Positions 1-13,467 of a stretch of 64,000 bases of DNA are shown here, one piece after another. Position numbers and translations under genes: made by a program. The stretch comes from Paecilomyces variotii (taxonomy: Eukaryota): NCBI GenBank assembly GCA_004022145.1, contig RCNU01000013.1; one strand, written 5' to 3'. Position 1 is the first letter of the stretch; every line of letters begins with the position of its first letter. Under the pieces are notes generated by a model. The model saw only the letters and a program-made list of their open reading frames with translations. It ran no database searches and was not told the DNA's origin.

Positions 1-579
1 TGACAGTTCGCTGGTGAATGGAGTTAAACTCACCACGCAGGCTCAGACCACCACTTGACCGTTGCAAAGAGGCACACGCTTCCTCCATTTCCGTAGTTTG
101 CTTTCTCGCCTGCTCGACCGGTGGGTTTTTCCCCTGCGGAGTAACCCGAGCCCTCTCTGGATTGAGGAAACGCATTTTAGACTTCGCATCGTAGCGGTTG
201 GTTGACAGTCCAGCGCCAGCTTCTTTGTTGTTATTATTAACGCCGCCTCATAGCTAAACTTGCTGCCTTTCTGAAGCAAAGTAGTGAATCGCCTTGCTTC
301 TCTGGTTCCTCCCACCATCTTGTCGATTGCCCAAAAGCACGAATCTCTGCCATTGCCCCCTCCCTGTCGTCCCTTTTCCTCGTACTAGTTTCTACCGTCC
401 CTAACACTTTGCTACGGGTTCACTGGCCACACACGAAACTGCCAGGCTTTCCTCTGGCTTTGGAGTAAGGGCACGCCCCGCAGGGGAGTGAACTCGTCGC
501 TGCTCTTCCGAACGTATCCCTTTTCGGTGCGTCCAGCCGCGCGTGACTCCCCCGTTCTTCCTGATAGAACAGTCATGTC

Positions 580-1829
580 ATGTCCGGAGACAATCTTCGG
601 CCCAGGGAATACGAGGTCAGGGAAGATGATGGCCCTGTTATCGAAATCGAAGCGGAAAGCGACGGAGAAGAAGGAGAATTATTGGCTCTAGAGGAGGAGG
701 AGGAAACCACACTTGAATCCTCTTCGATATCTGAATCAGAATCCGACGAAGACTCGACTTCCATGTTGGCTACCCACACCTGATAAATAATAATCGTGAG
801 ATCCATGGTCTCTCAAATTGGCCGGCAACTGATTGCAACAGAAGATCAACCAGGTCATGCCACAAAGACACTATCGAAGATGTATATGAAAACGGCCGGA
901 GGTATTGTAACGACACCTACTTCATGCCGAATGATGAAGCCGAGCAGACCCGGTTAAACATCGCTCATCAAGTCTACCTGATCGTTCTCGATGGCGAGCT
1001 AACGAGGGTCCCTGTACCCCGGGGCCGGGCTCGTATCCTGGATATCGGTACAGGCCCCGGAGACTGGGCCGTCGAGATGGGTGAACGATATCCTGACGCG
1101 GAAATCGTCGCTACTGATATCAGCGTCTTTGATATCGGTCCCAGTAGTCTGGGCCTACCCAATGTATCTTTCCAACTAGACGACACCGAAGCCGAATGGA
1201 CGTATCACGAACCATTCGATCTAATCCATCTACGAAGTCTATCAGGAGCTTTCCGTGACTGGGGCTCAGTCTACCGACAGGCTTTCAACCATCTCAAACC
1301 AGGCGGCTACATCGAAGTGATCGATGCCGATACCGCAGCAGGCGTGATCAATTTCCCAGACATTCGCAACTCCTATTTCAGTATCCTCGTCGCCGCCATG
1401 CAATCGGCCGCCGAGAGGACGGGTTTTCCCCGTAACCAGGACCATTTACGCCCAAACCTCCTGACGTCGATTGGCTTCACGGCCGTTCGCAGCACCGAGA
1501 TCACGATCCCAGTGGGTGTATGGCCGGAAGATCCCCGACAAAAGACTCTGGGGAAGATGGCATTGATTTCAATCTTGGAAGGGCTAGAGGCATGGAGTCT
1601 ACGACAGTTAACCGATACCGGCAACTGGACTGCGGAGGAAGTGAGGGCGTTATGCGATAAGGTCAAGGGCGAATTGGTGAAAGCAACGGGGATGACGGCG
1701 CAAGTACGAATCTTGACTGGGAGAAGGCCTTTCGCCCATGATATCAGAAGGGGTCGGACAGATGACGAGATGTTGGAGGAGGCTTTGGCGCGGTTGCGGA
1801 TGCGTGAGAGGAAGAGGGGTGAGAGGTGA
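580..1829 (+). CDS. SAM-dependent methyltransferase, LaeA-like family; intron 765-841
   Basis: Acidic exon 1 (ATG 580) splices in frame (GTTGGC...CAG) to give ENGRRY...YFMPNDEAEQTRL; SAM-binding motif ILDIGTGPGDW; FDLIHLR and LKPGGYIE motifs. Confidence 0.85.
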
Positions 1830-1970
1830 GATGGTTGGAGAGAGGTCAGCATTCTGCAGTTGCCAGCTGCAGCAACAGAGGAAATACCACGAAGGGTCCA
1901 TCTGAGAGATTCATACTTGAAAAAAAAAAAGAAGAAGAAAAAATTACGACGAGATGTCTTCCCAACAAGA

Positions 1971-2001
<31 letters not shown>
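1971..2001 (+). repeat. (ATC)n microsatellite, about 10 units
   Basis: Run of catcatcat directly visible downstream of the methyltransferase stop. Confidence 0.9.
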
Positions 2002-2002
<1 letters not shown>

Positions 2003-2866
2003 CCAGGCATACATGACGATGCGGAGGCAAAAAAAAAAGACATTCTAGTCCGTCCTTTCAACGCATCATGCTACAATAACCATACAACACCACCACCCAT
2101 CAAGAAAAACAAAGTGATAGAAAGGCGAGATAGACGTCTGAATTAACTTCGATATCCCGTATCGCCCTCCGTCCTGAAATGCAAACAACTACCAATACTA
2201 AGCGCAGTGATTGATTCAACTCTGCATTAACTTACCCCTAGATCCACTTTCATCTATCTATCTACTGTACATAGCATTCTTTTTCTCACGTTAAAATTTT
2301 TTGATCTATATCGGGACTCGCGTACCGGTATATTGATCGATTGGTTATTATTCTTTTTTTTCTTTCCTGCTTGGTTTGCCATACCATACCATATCATAAC
2401 TAGGTCTAGATTAGACATTATTTTCCTTTTGGTTACACCCAGGTTGCATGAACTAGAAGGAAAGGAGGGAAAAGATAAAACATTAGAAGATTATATATAT
2501 ATATATATATACAGACTTGGTTTTTATTTGCTCTCTATTTGGTTCTTATCTCATTCATTCTTTTGTTCGAGCAAGTTAGATACATTATGGATCATATCAT
2601 TTCTTGAAAGTAGTTACTTATGTCTATCAGGGAGAACTTTTTGAAGGAGGAAAGATATATTAAAAATATACACTGCTGCCTCATGTGAACCACAATAGGT
2701 ATGATATGTGGATAAAACACCCAGAGAACTCCCGCCAGAACCGATGCTAGAGAGTACAAGAAGGAAAAGGGAAATGGTCGATATTCACAGGAGATGGAAT
2801 GATCCGAATGGAGAAGGCCCATGAAAGGGTGGAGAACGATGACTAGAGGAGAAAGACTGCGTAGGA

Positions 2867-4177
2867 CTATAGCTGGAACTTCGTCCTCGTCTTCTCCATT
2901 CTTCCCTTCCATTCCCATTCCTGTCCACTGGCTCGTTGGATCCCCTTATCGACACGTCGGAGCTTGAGGGTGAATCGCGGACCTAGCTCCTGCAGACCGA
3001 CTCGGATGCCCTCTGCGCCTTTCATCTGCTCGCCATCGGCGCCCACGACGGCCTTTTCTGTCTCGCGCTTCTCGCGGAAGACGTAGCGGTGTCGACGGAC
3101 GAAGATGTAGTCGCGCTGATTCGCCAAGGTGACGACCTGTCGGCCCTGGAATTCCGGCTGGGGCGGGAACAGCGTGCGGAAGAGATGGGCCGTCAGGATA
3201 CCGAGGGGTGTGCGGAAGTTGTTGAGGATCAATTCGGGCCAATGGTCGGTTGGGTTTCCGTGGCCGGGGAGTTTCTTTCCCTCGACCCAATTCCTGATGG
3301 AGAAGGTGAACATTGGTCCGTGGGGCAGATGGACGATGGTGAGTCCGGACGGACGCTTCTGGTCCTCTTGCAGGACGACGACGGCCGTGTAGTTCCGGTT
3401 CGAGGCGAAGGAGCAGATTTCGCGCAGGGAGAACTTGTAGGAGTGGTGGTGGGCGGTGCGGCGGATGTAGACGCTGTTGGGGAACAGACTGGTGAGGAGT
3501 TCGGCTTCGTGATGGAGAGTCGAATGGATGGAGGTGGTGATGAGGATCTTGGGCGTCGGGGGAATCTCGTTGGAGAAGAGAGATGGGAATTTGGCGGCCA
3601 GGGCTTCTGGGGCGAGATTGAGATTCGTGCTTCGCGTCGATTGACTCGGACTGGTTGCTCGTTCGGTGGCTGTTGGGATGGAAGATTTGCGACGGCCGCG
3701 ATCTTTTGATTTTGAGTCTTCATTATCATCTTCATCTTTGTCGTCCTCTTCGTCATCATCATCATCGCTCGTCGCGATCATACTGTCGACTTCATCCTGA
3801 TCATCATCCTCCTCCTCCTCCTCCGACTGTTCCTCCTTCGACAACGGCCGATTCAATTCCTCCTCCTCCTCCTTCCGCTGCCTCTTGATGCGCTCCACAT
3901 CGACACTGAGCCCCAATCCTCCCTCCTCAACATCGCTACCGGCGTCATCCCATACTCGTTTCCGCTCGAGGGTCAAGGGGATATTCTTCCGTAGTCGCTC
4001 CGCGCGCAGGCTGGGATCCTTGGCCTCTTCCTTTTTGATTGCGAATCGGTGCTTGCGACGCGCTTCATCTTTGGCGCGCTTGCGCTTGACGTGCAAGAGT
4101 TGTCGACGGAGCTTGTTGGCGGGTTTGTAGTCTGTGCTGGAATTGGGGGGCGCTTTGGAGCTGGTTTTTTTGGGCAT
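2867..4177 (-). CDS. RPF1: Brix-domain ribosome biogenesis protein Rpf1
   Basis: PKILITTS, HLPHGP, PELILNNFRTPLG, RQVVTL.NQRDYIFVRRHRY and LQELGPRFTLKL are Brix/Imp4 family motifs. Confidence 0.88.
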   Translation of the reverse strand: MPKKTSSKAPPNSSTDYKPANKLRRQLLHVKRKRAKDEARRKHRFAIKKEEAKDPSLRAERLRKNIPLTLERKRVWDDAGSDVEEGGLGLSVDVERIKRQRKEEEEELNRPLSKEEQSEEEEEDDDQDEVDSMIATSDDDDDEEDDKDEDDNEDSKSKDRGRRKSSIPTATERATSPSQSTRSTNLNLAPEALAAKFPSLFSNEIPPTPKILITTSIHSTLHHEAELLTSLFPNSVYIRRTAHHHSYKFSLREICSFASNRNYTAVVVLQEDQKRPSGLTIVHLPHGPMFTFSIRNWVEGKKLPGHGNPTDHWPELILNNFRTPLGILTAHLFRTLFPPQPEFQGRQVVTLANQRDYIFVRRHRYVFREKRETEKAVVGADGEQMKGAEGIRVGLQELGPRFTLKLRRVDKGIQRASGQEWEWKGRMEKTRTKFQL

Positions 4178-4680
4178 TTTTGTGTTCTTTTTTTTGTCTC
4201 TCCTTCGATGGTATTAGAGAATGTGCGAAAGGGAATAAATATAATATAAATGAATCAATATCGAATGAATCAAAGAAGCAGCTTTCGCAGTGATTTGATA
4301 TCTTTTTATCTAACGGAGAGAAGAATAAAATAAAATAAAAATGGGGAAAAGGCAGACGGCGAAATGTTTGGCCGAAACGGAATCAAATCAGATCGAAGAG
4401 AAAGAATGAGCAATAATAATAATTAATTAATTAATTAATCAATCTAAGGAAATTATATGCGAATGATCTTGTCTGGGGAAGTAATTAATTAATTAATTAC
4501 TTACTTACTTAAATTGATTGATTGATTGATTATTGATTTAATTTCCTGTCCGAGGGAGATATCTGGTTCTTTCTCCTCCACGTTTAAATAACTAAAATAA
4601 CTACCCCTCTTGACTCTATCTTTCTATCTTTCCATCTTTCTCTCTCTCTCTCCCTCCCATTCTTCTGCCCTGGACCGTGG

Positions 4681-6847
4681 ATGAATCGGTCCGTTGTCTT
4701 TCGCCTCCTCCGCCAGCGCAACCACAAACTCAACCCCGCCAGAGCCTTTTCCTCCACACACGCCGCTTTCCGCGCAAAGGCCGTCAAGGTCGATTCCACC
4801 ATGGCTACGCTCACCACCAAGACCGGTCAGACCGTCGACCGGTCCAGTCTCGAGTCGCTCGTCCGTCGCCGCCTGTTTTTCACTCCCTCCTTCGAGATCT
4901 ACGGTGGTGTGTCCGGTCTGTACGACTATGGTCCCCCCGGCTGCTCTCTGCAGGCGAACATCGTCGACCTGTGGAGGAAACACTTCGTGCTGGAGGAGGA
5001 CATGCTGGAGGTCGACACCACGATGCTGACCCCGCATGAGGTCCTCAAGACCAGTGGTCACGTCGACAAGTTCGCCGACTGGATGTGCAAGGACCCCAAG
5101 ACCGGGGAGATCTTCCGTGCAGACCACCTGGTCGAGGAGGTGCTGGAGTCGCGTCTCAAGGGCGACAAGGAGGCTCGTGGCCAGAAGGTCGTGGTCGACG
5201 AGGAGAAGGAGGCCAAGAAGAAGAAGAAGGTCAAGGAGACCAAGGTGGTCAAGCTGGACGATGCAGTCGTCGCCGAGTACGAGGAGGTCCTGGCCAAGAT
5301 CGACAACTACGACGGCGACGAGCTCGGCCAGCTGATCACCAAGTACGACATCCGGAACCCCAAGACGGACGGCCCTCTGCTGCCGCCCGTCGCCTTCAAC
5401 CTGATGTTCCAGACCTCGATCGGTCCCAGCAGCAACATGCCCGGTTATCTCAGACCGGAGACGGCGCAGGGTCAGTTCCTCACCTTCCAGAAGCTGCTCG
5501 AGTTCAACCAGCAGCAGATGCCGTTTGCCTCCGCCTCCATTGGCAAGTCCTTCCGTAACGAGATCTCGCCTCGCGCGGGTCTGCTGCGCGTGCGTGAGTT
5601 CCTGATGGCGGAGATCGAGCACTTTGTCGACCCCGAGGGTGGCAAGAAGCACCCCCGTTTCGAGGAGGTCAAGGACACCGAGCTGTCGCTGCTCAACCGC
5701 GACGTCCAGCTGTCCGGCAGCACCAAGACCGAGCAGATGACCATCGGCAAGGCGGTCGAGATCGGACTGGTGGACAACGAGACCCTGGGTTACTTCCTCG
5801 CCCGTATCCAGCAGTTCCTGCTGAAGATCGGTATCGACAAGAGCAAGCTCCGGTTCCGTCAGCACATGGCCAACGAGATGGCTCACTACGCGGCCGACTG
5901 CTGGGATGCTGAATTGCACACCAGCTACGGTTGGATCGAGTGCGTTGGCTGTGCGGACCGCAGCGCCTACGATCTGACGGTGCACAAAAACAAGACCGGT
6001 GCCCCTCTCGTCGTGCGCGAGACCCGCCCCGAGCCTCTCCGCATCGAGGAATGGCAGGTCAACCTGGACAAGAAGAAGTTCGGTCCCCGCTTCAAGAAGG
6101 ACAGCAAGACCGTCGAGGCCGCCGTCGAGGCGCTCTCCCAGGAGCTGCGCGAGAAGCTGGCCCTGGACCTCCAGCAGAACGGCAAGATCGAGGTGGACGT
6201 CGAGGGTGTCGGCAATGGCAAGGTCGAGCTTGACAAGGAACTCGTTGCCATCGAGAAGCGCGAGCGCGTGGAGCACATCCGGGAGTACACTCCCAATGTC
6301 ATCGAGCCGTCGTTCGGTATCGGTCGTATCCTGTACAGTTTGATCGAACACGTGTACTGGTCCAGACCCGACGACGAGGCCCGTGGTGTAAGTTTCTTTT
6401 CTCTTTTTTTCTTTTTCTCTCAAATAATTCTTGTATGTTCATCATATACTAATGCTGCATCAGGTTCTGTCCTTCCCGCCGGTGATTGCGCCCACCAAGG
6501 TGCTGCTTGTGCCGTTGTCGAACCACGCCTCTTTCCGGCCTCTGCTTCAGCGCTTGACCTCCAAGCTGCGCCGTGCTGGAATCTCCAACCGCGTGGATGA
6601 CTCCTCCGCCAGCATTGGCAAGCGTTATGCCCGTAACGACGAGCTGGGTACTCCTCTCGGCATCACGGTTGACTTCCAGTCCGTCAAGGACCAGACATAC
6701 ACCCTCCGTGACCGCGACACTACGAAGCAGGTGCGCGCCAGCGAGGACGAGATCCTGCAGGCCGTTAAGTCGCTCGTCGACGGTGACGAGACTTGGGAGG
6801 ATATTCGGAAACGCCTGCCCGAGTTCACCGGACAGGAGGCTGAGTAA
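4681..6847 (+). CDS. GRS1: Glycyl-tRNA synthetase with an optional N-terminal mitochondrial presequence (second ATG at 4801); intron 6388-6463
   Basis: GLYDYGPPG, LRPETAQG, FRNEISPRAGLLRVREF, IEPSFGIGR, and anticodon-domain SIGKRYARNDELG; strong codon bias; GTAAGT...ACTAAT...CAG intron restores the frame. Confidence 0.97.
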
Positions 6848-7395
6848 AAGGGGACTTGGGTGCCGTTTACAGAATAAAAAAAAGCTGCTGGATCCTGATA
6901 TAGCTATCTATTATCTATTTTCTTTTATTTTCGTTCTTACCCTTCTAGAAAGGTTTCTGCATGGAGGGCTCCGATTACCTGTGGACGTTGTCTTTTCTCC
7001 GGGTGTCTAGAGTAGTGTATACGTGTTGTACGTAGAACGAGCGGAATGCAAAAGCACCAATTGTCATGACCGGTGCAGAGCAATGAGTCGATCATTCATT
7101 TCCGATCAGTCTCTCGACTGCAATGCTAGACTGTAGACATTAAACGTCTAGATGTTGTGTGTTGTATACTTCATCGGAAGAGCGCCAAGAGTCTGAGAGC
7201 ATCCGCGGTCCAGCCAGAGTTTCGGCGTGACTTCCAACTGGCATCATCTTCTCTCTCCATTGATGTCTTTCTTCTCTGGAGATCTCCTGGATACCTCCTC
7301 TTTTCCTTTTCACTCCTGGTTGATTACTTCCTTTTCAACTGTTTCTCTCAGTTCCTTCCATCCGTGACTGTGACCAACAACTGCCCTGCGGCCAC

Positions 7396-9452
7396 ATGGC
7401 GCCGAACATCGCCTCCGCGAAGATCACCCTCTCATGTCCGCTGTTCGCAGCCGACTTCGACCCGCGAAATAATGGCTTCCTGCTAGTCGGTGGTGGCGGA
7501 GGAGAAGGTCGCAGTGGTGTTGGCAACAAGATCGCAAGTCTCGACCCTTTCTTTGTTTTGTTTTCTTCCTTTCTATGTCTCTCATCTTTCTCGATGACGC
7601 AAACAATTCAAGCATCGTTGGACTAACAGGCCATGGGACGAAATAGGCTCTCCTCGATACCTCCAAACGCAATGAGATCGCAGAAGTCGTGGACATTGAG
7701 CTTTCGCGCGACGAGGACTCGGTTACTTCTCTGGCGGCTGCGCATGCGGACGATGAGTCGGTCGTTGCGTTCGCGGGGATCAATAGCTCCCAGAAGGAGC
7801 AGCTAGAGGGGAATAATCAGCATTTACGATCGTTTCGGGTCGCGTATCCTCCCAGGAAGAGTACAGCAGCGGTGACGGGGCCGGAAGCAAATGCAGAAGG
7901 AGAGGTAGAGAAGGAGACGACGTCGGCCAGCACGGTCTCTAAGCAGCAGAAGACGGTGCCATTGTCGCGAGCGTCGTTGTTCAGGAATCCAACTACAAAG
8001 CCCGCCAAGGGCCAGAAGATCGATACGTATCAGCGGATCTTGAGGCTGTCGCCGTGGAGGGGACCAGATGCTCCGCGCATTGGGGCCGTCGCGACGGGAC
8101 TGGCACCCTCCGGGGAGATTGTGCTGTTTAATGTGACTACGACGCCGAGCGAGTCGGACATTCTAGCCCGGATACAACTGGGCGCTGGGGAGGAAGCAGA
8201 GGATCTTGATATCATTGATTTGGAGGACGGCAACTTCCGAGTTGCGTATACCGATGGCGTCCAGGTCTCCATATTCGATATCTCGTCCAAGAGCAAGTCG
8301 AATACTTCACCAGAGATACGGTCCGTCTATACCATGCCGAAAACCAAGACGAGGCCGAAATTGCGTGCCTTGCGCCTCCTCTCTCCGTGGGCTGTGCTGG
8401 TGCTTCAGAACGCCCCGAATCGATCTGGATGTGAGCTGGCGGTGTTGTCTATACCTCCTTCTGGGCCTGCCCAGGCGACTGTCATCCGCCGTCGGAAGCT
8501 GCCCAGGTCGATGAAGATCGGATTGGGGCTCGATGTATCCAATCTGGGAGAAAACGAGACAAAAGAACGCCAGTACGTTCTGGCTGTGTCCGGTAGCGAT
8601 CAGTCGATTGGGGTCTATACTCTCGATTACAGCCCGAAAAAGGGCTACAGTGCACCACGGCCATACACCACTCTACGGGATGTCCATCCATTCTCCATGA
8701 CCAAGCTCTGCTTCTCGACGTTCACCCCTCCTGCCCACCCAGTCACGGCGGCTGTCGGTCCTCAATATCTCAAGCTGGCCTCCGTCAGCATGGGCAATAC
8801 CGTCGTCGTCCACACATTCCCTCTGATTCCATGGCCACCTCCATCCCGCACTCCCCGCTATCTCCTCGTCAAGCCCGGCCACCCGGAGACTTGGGACACC
8901 ATCTTCAGCAGCTTCATCGCCCTCCTCGTCGTCGTCCTTGCCTGCTTCCTCCTGCAAGCCTTCACCGAAATCCGCGGCGGCACTCCTCCCTATCTGGGCG
9001 CTACAGACTGGCTCTCTCCCCGCGTGCGCGCATGGATCGCTCGTCCCTACATGTTCGATCACCACATCCCCGGCCGCGTAGTACCAGACATTACTCCCCC
9101 TTCCCCCATCCCCCAGATCAAAGTCCAAGACGAATCCCTTCGCAAGCTCCTCTCCGCACGCCGCGCCGCCGGAGCAATCGACCTCGCCTCCGACACGGCC
9201 CCCCAACCCCCCGCCATCTTCGTCCGGGACGAAGGAACCGCCATCTCCGCATATACCGCCCAGGGCGCCGAAGCGCTCATCCAGCAAGAAACAGCTCGGA
9301 AATGGGAAGACCTCCACGAAGAGGAACGTGAGAAATGGAAGAAACGCCTCATCGAAGCGGGCCACTGGGCCATTGAAGAAGGAGAGGCTGTTCTCAAGGG
9401 TGTGTTCTTCAGTCAGATCGGTGAGATAATCGGTGGTGCGATTGCGAGATGA
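7396..9452 (+). CDS. SEC12: Sec12-like Sar1 guanine-nucleotide exchange factor (beta-propeller plus transmembrane segment); GC-AG intron 7534-7646
   Basis: N-terminal GGGGGEGRSGVGNKI motif typical of Sec12/PREB; hydrophobic segment IFSSFIALLVVVLACFLLQAF; splice joins GNKI to ALLDTSKRNEIAEVVDIEL in frame. Confidence 0.75.
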
Positions 9453-10179
9453 TGATGATTATCATATTTCAATGATAATAAATTAAGCATTGAGGTATTA
9501 TTTTTTATTTTTTTTATTTTTTGGATTCTTTTGGATTCTTTCGATGTATGTATGTCTTGTGTTGTGTCGTTGTATCTGCATCTGTTAACTAGATAACTAA
9601 TGTCTGAAATGAGAAAGATGAAAAATAGAGAAAAGAAAAAAGAAAGGATTAATTAATATTGAATTAATTTTTTGGAAAGATTGCGATGTATCCTATCCTA
9701 TCCATTCTGAATCGAAAGGGTTTGTACACATGCATAAACTTGGGCTGGGGTAGTTAATAGAATAGATAGTAGGTTTCCATGTTGCTCAAAAGAGTGTTGC
9801 TTTGGCTCTGTTGTGGTTAACATGCCGATAAGTAGGCTATTTCATAGTACTAATTGTACTTTATATGGATTGTCATGGTTGAGATCTGCATTGTTGATCT
9901 ACTAAGATTATTTAATTTACAATACGAATGACCACTTGAAAAGAACACAAAAAAAATGAATACGAAAAGGTATTATTGGTCTATGTGACGGTTCCGCTTG
10001 CTTTCCATGAACCAATATTTCATCGTCAACTCGTCTCGTCAAAAGGCGTCGGTGACATGAGAGGGGGGCGTCGAGGAAAGGGGGAGGGGAGGTGGTATAA
10101 GTGCAATCAGGGATATCGTGTGATGTGACGAAGGACATATTATTCATGGCGACCGGACGTCATCTTTCGTGGAGGATAG

Positions 10180-10207
10180 ATCGCATCGCATCGCATCGCA
10201 TCGCATC
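10180..10207 (+). repeat. (ATCGC)n pentanucleotide repeat, about 5 units
   Basis: atcgcatcgcatcgcatcgcatcgcatc. Confidence 0.8.
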
Positions 10208-10677
10208 TTCACTGCGATCTCAAATCGAGACAAGGACTTCTAGCTGTGCAGTGTAGGGAAGGGGGTTTTGATGATTTAGATCCACATCAACCAGACATGG
10301 TAATCCACCAACACGGCTAGAGAAAGAAGGAGGAATGGCGAACGAAAAGGAGCGAAAGAGAACAAGATCCCATGCGAACCAAATCAAGACGCCGAACTGT
10401 CCACGCCAAATTTGTAGTTTTCAGAAGACAAATTGTAGTTTGGATATCATGCCAGAAGTCTTTTATCAAACGCAAGTCGTAAAGGAGAGAGGGAAAAAAA
10501 AGTTGAGGGCCCGAGAAGATGAGGCGGATGAGATCGGAGTCCAATATGTATATGAAGATCAAGTCGAAAATTTGAGACTCGACGCGTGGAAGTGGTCAAG
10601 TTCTGCAGACAGGCAAACATATCCGATGAGCAAGCACTGTTGTCCGAAGTCTGTCACAGGCCCACCACCGTCTATAT

Positions 10678-13467
10678 TTACTGTCCGCTGTTCTTCTTCC
10701 AGCGGAGCAGTTCAGCCAGGCTGGCCAAACTGCAGCCCATCTTCAGGAACTCATGCGCAAGCAGTTCGTCAGCAGTGGCACGGCTGCGCACGTCGACGCA
10801 CAGGCAAACGCTCAAGAAGGACTTGAGCTCCTTGCTAAGCTTCTCCGGCTTCTTCAGTCGTGGGGTGCCGTTGGTGGCAATGAGATACAGCGCCTTCAGA
10901 GGCTCCTCGTTGAGGTACGGTGGCTCAGACTCGATCATCTCGATCGCCATGATACCGAGCGACCAGCAGTCGACCTTGGGACCATACTCCTTCTGCTTGA
11001 CGACTTCAGGGGCCATCCAGTATGGTGTGCCGACCATGGTGGCACGCTTGCTCTTTGACTCGGTCAACTTGGCGCAGAAACCGAAATCAGCTGAAAAGGG
11101 AAGAACTCCATTAGCTATGACCTTTCATACAAACATCGGATCGAAACTCACTAATCTTGACATTTCCAACACGGTCAAGGAGGACGTTGTCACTCTTGAT
11201 ATCACGGTGAATGATGTTCTGACTGTGCAGGTGGGCCAGACCCTTGCAAGTCTAAACGAAAAATAAAGTCAGCGAATAGCCAATATGTCAAATACCTGCT
11301 GGGAAGCATACCTCTAAACAGATCGTGGCGATTTGGTCCTCCTGGATAACAGGGTTGTTGTCGATAACGTCTGTCAAAGCACCACCCTCCATGAACTCCA
11401 TCACCACCCAGAGTTCGTTGTTCTGCTCCTGCAAGAACGAGTCAAGGAAGTTGACAATGTTGGGGTGCTGGCTGTCCTTCATGACGATAATCTCGTTGAC
11501 AATCAATTCCTTGCGTGGCTGGCTACGGAGATCCATCTGTTTGATAGCAACCTGGCCTCGAGGACCATAGGTGCGGTACATCTCACGCGCCACGGGCGAG
11601 GTTGCGTTCTCCTTGATACGAGCAACGTACACGGAACCAGAGGCACCTTGTCCGATCTTCCGCTGCTTACTGTATGACTCGGTGGGGTTCTCCTTGGAGA
11701 CAACTGCCTTGAGTCTCTCCATGACCTCGTTCTCGGTCATGTTCGACATGCGGACCTCCTTCTTGCTCGGCTCCGCCTTCTTCGACAATGCAGCCTCTGC
11801 CTGTCGGACACCATCGGGAACAGCGTTCTTGTTCGCATTCTGCTTATTGGCAATGTTCAATGGCTTCACAGCCTGCACCGGAGTCGGCAGTTTCGTGGGA
11901 GGCGGGCCTTGACCCTGAGGCTTGACGCCATTCTGCGCGCGGGTGGCCGGGTTGGGAGAAGGTTGGCGCTCATTTGACTGCAGAGGATGCGGCGCTGCTT
12001 GACCATTGGCCGGTCTCTGTCCATTGTTTTGAGCAGTCGGCGGAGACGGTGCAGGACGCTGAGCAGTCATCTGTCTCGGGGGTTGCTGTCGAGCAGCAGA
12101 CCCAGGCGCCTGAGGAGCTGGACGGCTCGGGTTGTATCTGTTGTTCATGCTGGGATCGCTATCCGACGCGCCGTAGCCACCAAGCTCCTGCTTGGCCAGG
12201 GGAACACGAGTCTTGGGAAGAGATGCATTGTATTCCTCCTGTTCAAGACGCTCCTGCTCGCGTCGGCGCGCCTCCTCTTCTGCCCGACGGCGGTATTCCT
12301 GATCAGCCTCGGAGGGCCGTCGCTGGGACTGAGGTGACGAAGCACTCGAAACACTGCCCAGTCTTCCAGATGAGGAAGTGTCCAGACGTTGCAAAGGCCC
12401 TGGTGGCGGCGGCCGGGGAGGCGCAATGGAACTGCCCACACTCTGCATCGACTGAGAGCCGGAGCCAGGGGTGGCTGCACCGTTCTGGAAGTACTGCGGG
12501 TTCTGTTCGCGCATCTTGATGTCCGAGTAGAATTCCAAGACCTCGATGACGGCCTGAGGGTTCTTCTTGTAGTCCTCCTTTGTAATGGCAGATGCAGTCA
12601 ACAATTTCTCCCATTCAGACGGAAGGCCCACGAAAGCACCTGTCTGCGGATCGAAACCGACATGGACACGGTGACTGAAGTTCGTGGGATTACTGACTCC
12701 TCCCATTCCGGGGCAGCGTTCGTAGATCTTGTCAATCCAGTCGTAGATCTCGTCATCATTCTTCACTTCACATGTAATCGTCTTGGTGGGCACATCGCGT
12801 GTCATCAGTCCCGATTTTGAGGACACGTCCTTAGGATTAGCGAGACGAGTAATTTCAAACGCCATCTTGCTGTCTTCCGAGCGGGTCACTCCCGTCACGG
12901 TGGACAGCTGAATTGACAGGACGACCTTTCCAGTCTCACTCTTGAGGAAATCCAGACGGAATTCGCGCAGGACCAGGTAGCGCTGGTTCCAGCTGGCCAG
13001 GAACTTGTCCTCCTTGCACCTGACATATCCTTCCTTGATGACGGCGAAACCTCCTGAGCCAGACTGATTGGATTTGTTGGTGCCAACAGACATACTGCTG
13101 GTATTGGGGAAGATCGAAAGCGACGGAGTGCTTGGTGAATTCATGCTCATCTGACTGAACGAGGTCGACACGCTCGACATGCTAGGGTTCACACTCAGGG
13201 GCGGGCGCTCTGTCGGAGGACGAGGGGCAGGACCCGGGTTCATAAACTGCCCGGGGGAATAGAAACTGGCAGACCATCAGCTCGGGACGCAAGAGACTTG
13301 AGACTGATTATATTATATTTTCTCCGTAGACTCCACCAGGACGAAAGGGCGGTCAATTGCGACTCTAGCGACCACCGCCCTCGGCGAATTCGGCGGGGAA
13401 GTTGAATGTGGGGGAGAAACATTAAGCTGCGACAAGGGAAGCATTCAACGTACTTTCCAGACGCCAT
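10678..13467 (-). CDS. CLA4: PAK-family kinase Cla4 (PH, CRIB and kinase domains); introns 13453-13266, 11311-11252, 11151-11091
   Basis: PH domain, [20 protein letters not shown], kinase motifs [17 protein letters not shown] and GTPYWMAPE; a 14-nt first exon (ATG 13467, GTACGT donor) gives [19 protein letters not shown]. Confidence 0.95.

Noticed and set aside
580-1829. LaeA-like methyltransferase as a marker of a secondary-metabolite cluster
   Set aside because: Neighbours are housekeeping genes; no PKS, NRPS or tailoring genes in the window
4624-6423. 599-aa antisense ORF over GRS1
   Set aside because: Shadow ORF expected from the strong codon bias of GRS1; no recognisable motifs
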